DNA of 64,000 bases, taken from Balanoglossus misakiensis (Eukaryota; Animalia; Hemichordata). The position numbers and the translations under genes were made by a program. The stretch spans positions 3,790,275-3,854,274 of the forward strand of contig CM082587.2 in NCBI GenBank assembly GCA_040954595.2, written 5' to 3'. Shown here one piece after another: positions 50,161 through 61,600 of this stretch (position 1 is the first letter of the stretch; every line of letters starts with the position of its first letter). The notes below the pieces were generated by a model that did not search any database, was not told where the DNA came from, and worked only from the letters and a program-made list of their open reading frames with translations.

Positions 50161-52492
50161 ATGATGCCTCGCATCTATGTGATATTGTTTGTGTTGGTGG
50201 TGACCAGATGCGGGAATGCGACATCCAGCAAAATCCTCCTTGTGCCGAGAAGCAGCTATGGCAGTTTATTTGCGTTAATGAAGAAAATGGCCTGCGATCT
50301 TAGAGATCAAGGACACACTGTGACCCTAGTTGTGTCCGGCAACCGCTACGACGATGTCATCAACAGAACAGATACAGCTGGTATTAATGTGCAGCCCTTC
50401 ACCACGACTGCCGGCTTCGAAACGGGAAGGACAGCATTTACAGAAACTTCACTGGCTGGCAATTTGGGGTGGTATAGACTGTCGAAAGACTTGGTTGTTC
50501 TGGCTGAGATTTGTGATGACCTGTTTTCCGACTCCAAGTTCTTGCAGCGTTTGAGAGACGAAAACTTTGACCTGATAATCGCATGTGCAGTCGCTCCCTG
50601 CAGCGCCTTACTTGCTCACTACTTGTCCCGACCATTTGTCCTGGTTTCGCCTAACCGACTTGCTCCCGTTTCACAAGCCGATATGTATTCCATCCCTAAC
50701 AACCCTGCCTATATACCTTGTTTAGGCACAGGCTTGACCGACCAAATGAACTTTTTCGAGAGAATTTATAACTTGGGTTATTTCTTCATGAGATACGTCA
50801 CAGTCAGCGACTTGCTTGCCAAATTCGCAGAGGTGAAAGATAAACACCACATCAGACCAGATTTAGGTATTCGTGATGTGTATGCCGACGCCGAGTTGTT
50901 TCTGTTCAACGCGGACACATCGTCCAGCTACCCTCGCCCTCTGATGCCAAATGTGGTTTCCCTGGGCTCCGGTTATCTCATAGATTCATTGAAACCGTTG
51001 AACAAGGTAGATTGTAAATTTTGTATCGTTATCAGTGTCTGTCTCATTTGGTAATCTGCTCAAGCCCCATTAACAGGTTCAGCTATACCGTTATGCCGCT
51101 TTAAACATAGTTTTAGTCACCATGGTGACAAAAGGGAAATCACGTAGCTATTAACCTTTAATACTGCGAAGAGGAGTTTATCAAAGCTCGCATAATATTG
51201 AAATATTGTTGTTGATTAAAAAATATATTTAGGAATTATTCAGCCCATCGTATATTGTATTTCAAACAGGAATTGGAAGATTTCGTCCAGTCTTCGGGAG
51301 ATGATGGTATCGTCATTTTTTCCTTCGGTACGTACGTTGAATTTACCAGTAACCGCTTCAGAAGATTCGCCATGGCCCTGGAGAGGTTGCCACAGAAGGT
51401 GGTCGCCAAATATGACGGTGACGAACAACCCGAGTATCTGGAGAACAGTGAAAATGTTAAACTTCTGAAGTGGATACCCCAGAATGATTTGCTTGGTAAG
51501 CTTGGTAATTGAAGGCATTTCCACATTTGAGAGAAAGAAAAGTGTGTAAGTTGTATGCATTTCTAATAAACACCACATATTCACCCAAATGATTTACAGT
51601 CATATACTACATGTACTGCAAAACTCCCGAAGTTCTCATAATCGTATTAACTTCCCAATCTTATATAGATTATAGTTGTTGGTCAATAAATTATGGTCTG
51701 GGGAGGGGCTTGTTTCCTACTGTTGATCCCTAAAAATTTTTTGAGAAGTGTTCCATAACAATAACCCAAATCAAAATGTATATGCTTCTAATTTCCGGAA
51801 ATATTATTTTGCTTTCTCAAGGCCATCCGAAGACTAAAGCGCTTATCTATCATGGTGGTATTAATGGCGTCCAAGAAGCCATTCACTATGCCGTGCCAGT
51901 TGTTGGAATACCTCTCTTCATGGATCAACATGACAACGTGCAGTTTCTTGCCGACAAGGGGATGGCGATTGTTTTGGATGTTGGCACAATGACTTCAGAG
52001 GACTTGTACCGGGCGGTTACGGAAATTATCGAAGACCCAACGTAAGTGGCACTTTAACGAATTTCACTGTAAATTTCTATTGTGTTTGAGGTAATTTTCG
52101 TTGAAAGATATCGGTGGTCAGTATAACTGGGTGAGCACCATGTAACTGAACTGGCTCATTATCTCGACGTTATGACGCAAACATGAGACGAAACTGATTG
52201 TTTTCAATTATGACATTTTGAAATTGGCATTATTCTCTTGCCCTGCAGATACAAGGAGAATGCTGAACATCTCTCTCGTCTTCAAAGAGACACACCTTTG
52301 TCACACAAAGAAAATTTCCTCTTTTGGATTGAATACATCATTAGACACGGCGGGAAACATCTGAAGTCGCGGGCAGTCAACTTGAACTTCTTTCAGTATT
52401 ACTGCATCGATGTCTGTATATTAGTATTTTTGATGTTGAGCATAGCAACGTTCGTGTTTATCCAAATGTATCGACTCTGTCGCAAAGCCTAA
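50161..52492 (+). CDS. UDP-glycosyltransferase (GT1, UGT1/2-like membrane-bound)
   Basis: Exons 50161-51006, 51270-51495, 51822-52041 and 52249-52492 give 511 aa. Features: signal peptide, KILLVP, GHTVTLV, YPRPLMPNVV, GIVIFSFGT, the UGT signature [58 protein letters not shown], a C-terminal TM helix and a short basic tail. Confidence 0.95.
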
Positions 52493-52659
52493 CACAACGG
52501 AAGAAACCATAACTCTCACAAAAAGACAATGTTTAATATATATTTGAGATTCTTTGTTATCTTAACGCCAGTAGCTGTCCTTTACAATGAATTATGGCAA
52601 AGTTCTAGTGTTTCCGTAAAATAGTGATATTTTATTTGGGATTTCAAAAAATGAAAACA

Positions 52660-55600
52660 TTTTGTACTTTCGCAAAGTCGAAAAATTGTCATTTCTGGAT
52701 GATTTTCATGAGCTATAACCCATGGTTTTTATCCAAAAACAACCAAATTTTGAAATTTCGCGAAGTCGAAAAATTGACATTTCTGGATGATTTTCATGAG
52801 CTATAACCCATGGTTTTTATCCAAAAACCACCAAATTTTGAAATTTCGCGAAGTCGAAAAATTGACATTTCTGGATGATTTTCATGAGCTATAACCCATG
52901 GTTTTTATCCAAAAACCACCAAATTTTGAAATTTCGCGAAGTCGAAAAATTGACATTTCTGGACGATTTTCATGAGCTATAACCCATGGTTTTTATCCAA
53001 AAACCACCAAATTTTGAAATTTCGCGAAGTCGAAAAATTGACATTTCTGGACGATTTTCATGAGCTATAACCCATGGTTTTTATCCAAAAACCACCAAAT
53101 TTTGAAATTTCGCGAAGTCGAAAAATTGACATTTCTGGACGATTTTCATGAGCTATAACCCATGGTTTTTATCCAAAAACCACCAAATTTTGAAATTTCG
53201 CGAAGTCGAAAAATTGACATTTCTGGACGATTTTCATGAGCTATAACCCATGGTTTTAATCCAAAAACCACCAAATTTTGAAATTTCGCGAAGTCGAAAA
53301 ATTGACATTTCTGGATGATTTTCATGAGCTATAACCCATGGTTTTTATCCAAAAACCACCAAATTTTGAAATTTCGCGAAGTCGAAAAATTGACATTTCT
53401 GGATGATTTTCATGAGCTATAACCCATGGTTTTTATCCAAAAACCACCAAATTTTGAAATTTCGCGAAGTCGAAAAATTGACATTTCTGGATGATTTTCA
53501 TGAGCTATAACCCATGGTTTTTATCCAAAAATCACCAAATTTTGAAATTTCGCGAAGTCGAAAAATTGACATTTCTGGATGATTTTCATGAGCTATAACC
53601 CATGGTTTTTATCCAAAAACCACCAAATTTTGAAATTTCGCGAAGTCGAAAAATTGACATTTCTGGATGATTTTCATGAGCTATAACCCATGGTTTTTAT
53701 CCAAAAACCACCAAATTTTGAAATTTCGCGAAGTCGAGAAATTGACATTTCTGGATGATTTTCATGAGCTATAACCCATGGTTTTTATCCAAAAACCACC
53801 AAATTTTGAAATTTCGCGAAGTCGAGAAATTGACATTTCTGGATGATTTTCATGAGCTATAACCCATGGTTTTTATCCAAAAATCACCAAATTTTGAAAT
53901 TTCGCGAAGTCGAAAAATTGACATTTCTGGATGATTTTCATGAGCTATAACCCATGGTTTTTATCCAAAAACCACCAAATTTTGAAATTTCGCGAAGTCG
54001 AAAAATTGACATTTCTGGATGATTTTCATGAGCTATAACCCATGGTTTTTATCCAAAAACCACCAAATTTTGAAATTTCGCGAAGTCGAAAAATTGACAT
54101 TTCTGGATGATTTTCATGAGCTATAACCCATGGTTTTTATCCAAAAATCACCAAATTTTGAAATTTCGCGAAGTCGAAAAATTGACATTTCTGGATGATT
54201 TTCTTGAGCTATAACCCATGGTTTTTATCCAAAAATCACCAAATTTTGAAATTTCGCGAAGTCGAAAAATTGACATTTCTGGATGATTTTCATGAGCTAT
54301 AACCCATGGTTTTTATCCAAAAACCACCAAATTTTGAAATTTCGCGAAGTCGAAAAATTGACATTTCTGGATGATTTTCATGAGCTATAACCCATGGTTT
54401 TTATCCAAAAATCACCAAATTTTGAAATTTCGCGAAGTCGAAAAATTGACATTTCTGGATGATTTTCATGAGCTATAACCCATGGTTTTTATCCAAAAAT
54501 CACCAAATTTTGAAATTTCGCGAAGTCGAAAAATTGACATTTCTGGATGATTTTCATGAGCTATAACCCATGGTTTTTATCCAAAAACCACCAAATTTTT
54601 AAATTTCGCGAAGTCGAAAAATTGACATTTCTGGATGATTTTCATGAGCTATAACCCATGGTTTTTATCCAAAAACCACCAAATTTTGAAATTTCGCGAA
54701 GTCGAAAAATTGACATTTCTGGATGATTTTCATGAGCTATAACCCATGGTTTTTATCCAAAAATCACCAAATTTTGAAATTTCGCGAAGTCGAAAAATTG
54801 ACATTTCTGGATGATTTTCTTGAGCTATAACCCATGGTTTTTATCCAAAAATCACCAAATTTTGAAACTTCGCGAAGTCGAAAAATTGACATTTCTGGAT
54901 GATTTTCATGAGCTATAACCCATGGTTTTTATCCAAAAATCACCAAATTTTGAAACTTCGCGAAGTCGAAAAATTGACATTTCTGGATGATTTTCATGAG
55001 CTATAACCCATGGTTTTTATCCAAAAACCACCAAATTTTGAAATTTCGCGAAGTCGAAAAATTGACATTTCTGGATGATTTTCATGAGCTATAACCCATG
55101 GTTTTTTATCCAAAAACCACCAAATTTTGAAATTTCGCGAAGTCGAAAAATTGACATTTCTGGATGATTTTCATGAGCTATAACCCATAGTTTTTATCCA
55201 AAAATCACCAAATTTTGAAATTTCGCGAAGTCGAAAAATTGACATTTCTGGATGATTTTCATGAGCTATAACCCATGGTTTTTATCCAAAAACCACCAAA
55301 TTTTGAAATTTCGCGAAGTCGAAAAATTGACATTTCTGGATGATTTTCATGAGCTATAACCCATGGTTTTTATCCAAAAACCACCAAATTTTGAAATTTC
55401 GCGAAGTCGAAAAATTGACATTTCTGGATGATTTTCTTGAGCTATAACCCATGGTTTTTATCCAAAAACCACCAAATTTTGAAATTTCGCGAAGTCGAAA
55501 AATTGACATTTCTGGATGATTTTCATGAGCTATAACCCATGGTTTTTATCCAAAAACCACCAAATTTTGAAATTTCGCGAAGTCGAAAAATTGACATTTC

Positions 55601-58600
55601 TGGATGATTTTCATGAGCTATAACCCATGGTTTTTATCCAAAAACCACCAAATTTTGAAATTTCGCGAAGTCGAAAAATTGACATTTCTGGATGATTTTC
55701 ATGAGCTATAACTCATGGTTTTTATCCAAAAACCACCAAATTTTGAAATTTCGCGAAGTCGAAAAATTGACATTTCTGGATCATTTTCATGAGCTATAAC
55801 CCATGGTTTTTATCCAAAAACCACCAAATTTTGAAATTTCGCGAAGTCGAAAAATTGACATTTCTGGATGATTTTCATGAGCTATAACCCATGGTTTTTA
55901 TCCAAAAATCACCAAATTTTGAAATTTCGCGAAGTCGAAAAATTGACATTTCTGGACGATTTTCATGAGCTATAACCCATGGTTTTTATCCAAAAATCAC
56001 CAAATTTTGAAATTTCGCGAAGTCGAAAAATTGACATTTCTGGATGATTTTCATGAGCTATAACCCATGGTTTTTATCCAAAAACCACCAAATTTTGAAA
56101 TTTCGCGAAGTCGAAAAATTGACATTTCTGGATGATTTTCATGAGCTATAACCCATGGTTTTTATCCAAAAACCACCAAATTTTGAAATTTCGAGAAGTC
56201 GAAAAATTGACATTTCTGGATGATTTTCATGAGCTATAACCCATGGTTTTTATCCAAAAATCACCAAATTTTGAAATTTCGCGAAGTCGAAAAATTGACA
56301 TTTCTGGATGATTTTCTTGAGCTATAACCCATGGTTTTTATCCAAAAATCACCAAATTTTGAAATTTCGCGAAGTCGAAAAATTGACATTTCTGGATGAT
56401 TTTCATGAGCTATAACCCATGGTTTTTATCCAAAAACCACCAAATTTTGAAATTTCGCGAAGTCGAAAAATTGACATTTCTGGATGATTTTCATGAGCTA
56501 TAACCCATGGTTTTTATCCAAAAATCACCAAATTTTGAAATTTCGCGAAGTCGAAAAATTGACATTTCTGGATGATTTTCATGAGCTATAACCCATGGTT
56601 TTTATCCAAAAATCACCAAATTTTGAAATTTCGCGAAGTCGAAAAATTGACATTTCTGGATGATTTTCATGAGCTATAACCCATGGTTTTTATCCAAAAA
56701 CCACCAAATTTTTAAATTTCGCGAAGTCGAAAAATTGACATTTCTGGATGATTTTCATGAGCTATAACCCATGGTTTTTATCCAAAAACCACCAAATTTT
56801 GAAATTTCGCGAAGTCGAAAAATTGACATTTCTGGATGATTTTCATGAGCTATAACCCATGGTTTTTATCCAAAAATCACCAAATTTTGAAATTTCGCGA
56901 AGTCGAAAAATTGACATTTCTGGATGATTTTCTTGAGCTATAACCCATGGTTTTTATCCAAAAATCACCAAATTTTGAAACTTCGCGAAGTCGAAAAATT
57001 GACATTTCTGGATGATTTTCATGAGCTATAACCCATGGTTTTTATCCAAAAATCACCAAATTTTGAAACTTCGCGAAGTCGAAAAATTGACATTTCTGGA
57101 TGATTTTCATGAGCTATAACCCATGGTTTTTATCCAAAAACCACCAAATTTTGAAATTTCGCGAAGTCGAAAAATTGACATTTCTGGATGATTTTCATGA
57201 GCTATAACCCATGGTTTTTATCCAAAAACCACCAAATTTTGAAATTTCGCGAAGTCGAAAAATTGACATTTCTGGATGATTTTCATGAGCTATAACCCAT
57301 AGTTTTTATCCAAAAATCACCAAATTTTGAAATTTCGCGAAGTCGAAAAATTGACATTTCTGGATGATTTTCATGAGCTATAACCCATGGTTTTTATCCA
57401 AAAACCACCAAATTTTGAAATTTCGCGAAGTCGAAAAATTGACATTTCTGGATGATTTTCATGAGCTATAACCCATGGTTTTTATCCAAAAACCACCAAA
57501 TTTTGAAATTTCGCGAAGTCGAAAAATTGACATTTCTGGATGATTTTCTTGAGCTATAACCCATGGTTTTTATCCAAAAACCACCAAATTTTGAAATTTC
57601 GCGAAGTCGAAAAATTGACATTTCTGGATGATTTTCATGAGCTATAACCCATGGTTTTTATCCAAAAACCACCAAATTTTGAAATTTCGCGAAGTCGAAA
57701 AATTGACATTTCTGGATGATTTTCATGAGCTATAACCCATGGTTTTTATCCAAAAACCACCAAATTTTGAAATTTCGCGAAGTCGAAAAATTGACATTTC
57801 TGGATGATTTTCATGAGCTATAACTCATGGTTTTTATCCAAAAACCACCAAATTTTGAAATTTCGCGAAGTCGAAAAATTGACATTTCTGGATCATTTTC
57901 ATGAGCTATAACCCATGGTTTTTATCCAAAAACCACCAAATTTTGAAATTTCGCGAAGTCGAAAAATTGACATTTCTGGATGATTTTCATGAGCTATAAC
58001 CCATGGTTTTTATCCAAAAATCACCAAATTTTGAAATTTCGCGAAGTCGAAAAATTGACATTTCTGGACGATTTTCATGAGCTATAACCCATGGTTTTTA
58101 TCCAAAAATCACCAAATTTTGAAATTTCGCGAAGTCGAAAAATTGACATTTCTGGATGATTTTCATGAGCTATAACCCATGGTTTTTATCCAAAAACCAC
58201 CAAATTTTGAAATTTCGCGAAGTCGAAAAATTGACATTTCTGGATGATTTTCATGAGCTATAACCCATGGTTTTTATCCAAAAACCACCAAATTTTGAAA
58301 TTTCGCGAAGTCGAAAAATTGACATTTCTGGATGATTTTTATGAGCTATAACCCATGGTTTTTATCCAAAAACCACCAAATTTTGAAATTTCGCGAAGTC
58401 GAAAAATTGACATTTCTGGATGATTTTCATGAGCTATAACCCATGGTTTTTATCCAAAAACCACCAAATTTTGAAATTTCGCGAAGTCGAAAAATTGACA
58501 TTTCTGGATGATTTTCATGAGCTATAACCCATGGTTTTTATCCAAAAATCACCAAATTTTGAAATTTCGCGAAGTCGAAAAATTGACATTTCTGGATGAT

Positions 58601-61600
58601 TTTCATGAGCTATAACCCATGGTTTTTATCCAAAAACCACCAAATTTTGAAATTTCGCGAAGTCGAAAAATTGACATTTCTGGATGATTTTCATGAGCTA
58701 TAACCCATGGTTTTTATCCAAAAACCACCAAATTTTGAAACTTCGCGAAGTCGAAAAATTGACATTTCTGGATGATTTTCATGAGCTATAACCCATGGTT
58801 TTTATCCAAAAACCATCAAATTTTTAAATTTCGCGAAGTCGAAAAATTGACATTTCTGGATGATTTTCATGAGCTATAACCCATGGTTTTTATCCAAAAA
58901 CCACCAAATTTTGAAATTTCGCGAAGTCGAAAAATTGACATTTCTGGATGATTTTCATGAGCTATAACCCATGGTTTTTATCCAAAAACCACCAAATTTT
59001 GAAATTTCGCGAAGTCGAAAAATTGACATTTCTGGATGATTTTCATGAGCTATAACCCATGGTTTTTATCCAAAAACCACCAAATTTTGAAATTTCGCGA
59101 AGTCGAAAAATTGACATTTCTGGATGATTTTCATGAGCTATAACCCATGGTTTTTATCCAAAAACCACCAAATTTTGAAATTTCGCGAAGTCGAAAAATT
59201 GACATTTCTGGATGATTTTCATGAGCTATAACCCATGGTTTTTATCCAAAAACCACCAAATTTTGAAATTTCGCGAAGTCGAAAAATTGACATTTCTGGA
59301 TGATTTTCATGAGCTATAACCCATGGTTTTTATCCAAAAACCACCAAATTTTGAAATTTCGCGAAGTCGAAAAATTGACATTTCTGGATGATTTTCATGA
59401 GCTATAACCCATGGTTTTTATCCAAAAATCACCAAATTTTGAAATTTCGCGAAGTCGAAAAATTGACATTTCTGGATGATTTTCATGAGCTATAACCCAT
59501 GGTTTTTATCCAAAAATCACCAAATTTTGAAACTTCGCGAAGTCGAAAAATTGACATTTCTGGATGATTTTCATGAGCTATAACCCATGGTTTTTATCCA
59601 AAAATCACCAAATTTTGAAATTTCGCGAAGTCGAAAAATTGACATTTCTGGATGATTTTCATGAGCTATAACCCATGGTTTTTATCCAAAAACCACCAAA
59701 TTTTGAAATTTCGCGAAGTCGAAAAATTGACATTTCTGGATGATTTTCATGAGCTATAACCCATGGTTTTTATCCAAAAACCACCAAATTTTGAAATTTC
59801 GCGAAGTCGAAAAATTGACATTTCTGGATGATTTTCATGAGCTATAACCCATGGTTTTTATCCAAAAACCACCAAATTTTGAAATTTCGCGAAGTCGAAA
59901 AATTGACATTTCTGGATGATTTTCATGAGCTATAACCCATGGTTTTTATCCAAAAACCACCAAATTTTGAAATTTCGCGAAGTCGAAAAATTGACATTTC
60001 TGGATGATTTTCATGAGCTATAACCCATGGTTTTTATCCAAAAACCACCAAATTTTGAAATTTCGCGAAGTCGAAAAATTGACATTTCTGGATGATTTTC
60101 ATGAGCTATAACCCATGGTTTTTATCCAAAAACCACCAAATTTTGAAATTTCGCGAAGTCGAAAAATTGACATTTCTGGATGATTTTCATGAGCTATAAC
60201 CCATGGTTTTTATCCAAAAACCACCAAATTTTTAAATTTCGCGAAGTCGAAAAATTGACATTTCTGGATGATTTTCATGAGCTATAACCCATGGTTTTTA
60301 TCCAAAAACCACCAAATTTTGAAATTTCGCGAAGTCGAAAAATTGACATTTCTGGATGATTTTCATGAGCTATAACCCATGGTTTTTATCCAAAAATCAC
60401 CAAATTTTGAAATTTCGCGAAGTCGAAAAATTGACATTTCTGGATGATTTTCATGAGCTATAACTCATGGTTTTTATCCAAAAATCACCAAATTTTGAAA
60501 TTTCGCGAAGTCGAAAAATTGACATTTCTGGATGATTTTCATGAGCTATAACCCATGGTTTTTATCCAAAAACCACCAAATTTTGAAACTTCGCGAAGTC
60601 GAAAAATTGACATTTCTGGATGATTTTCATGAGCTATAACCCATGGTTTTTATCCAAAAACCATCAAATTTTTAAATTTCGCGAAGTCGAAAAATTGACA
60701 TTTCTGGATGATTTTCATGAGCTATAACCCATGGTTTTTATCCAAAAACCACCAAATTTTTAAATTTCGCGAAGTCGAAAAATTGACATTTCTGGATGAT
60801 TTTCATGAGCTATAACCCATGGTTTTTATCCAAAAACCACCAAATTTTGAAATTTCGCGAAGTCGAAAAATTGACATTTCTGGATGATTTTCATGAGCTA
60901 TAACCCATGGTTTTTATCCAAAAACCACCAAATTTTGAAATTTCGCGAAGTCGAAAAATTGACATTTCTGGATGATTTTCATGAGCTATAACCCATGGTT
61001 TTTATCCAAAAACCACCAAATTTTGAAATTTCGCGAAGTCGAAAAATTGACATTTCTGGATGATTTTCATGAGCTATAACCCATGGTTTTTATCCAAAAA
61101 CCACCAAATTTTGAAATTTCGCGAAGTCGAAAAATTGACATTTCTGGATGATTTTCATGAGCTATAACCCATGGTTTTTATCCAAAAACCACCAAATTTT
61201 GAAATTTCGCGAAGTCGAAAAATTGACATTTCTGGATGATTTTCATGAGCTATAACCCATGGTTTTTATCCAAAAATCACCAAATTTTGAAATTTCGCGA
61301 AGTCGAAAAATTGACATTTCTGGATGATTTTCATGAGCTATAACCCATGGTTTTTATCCAAAAATCACCAAATTTTGAAACTTCGCGAAGTCGAAAAATT
61401 GACATTTCTGGATGATTTTCATGAGCTATAACCCATGGTTTTTATCCAAAAATCACCAAATTTTGAAATTTCGCGAAGTCGAAAAATTGACATTTCTGGA
61501 TGATTTTCATGAGCTATAACCCATGGTTTTTATCCAAAAACCACCAAATTTTGAAATTTCGCGAAGTCGAAAAATTGACATTTCTGGATGATTTTCATGA

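Noticed and set aside
52755-52772. CENP-B box in the satellite (TTTCGCGAAGTCGAAA)
   Set aside because: The spacing is one base short of TTCGnnnnAnnCGGG and the essential GGG is missing.
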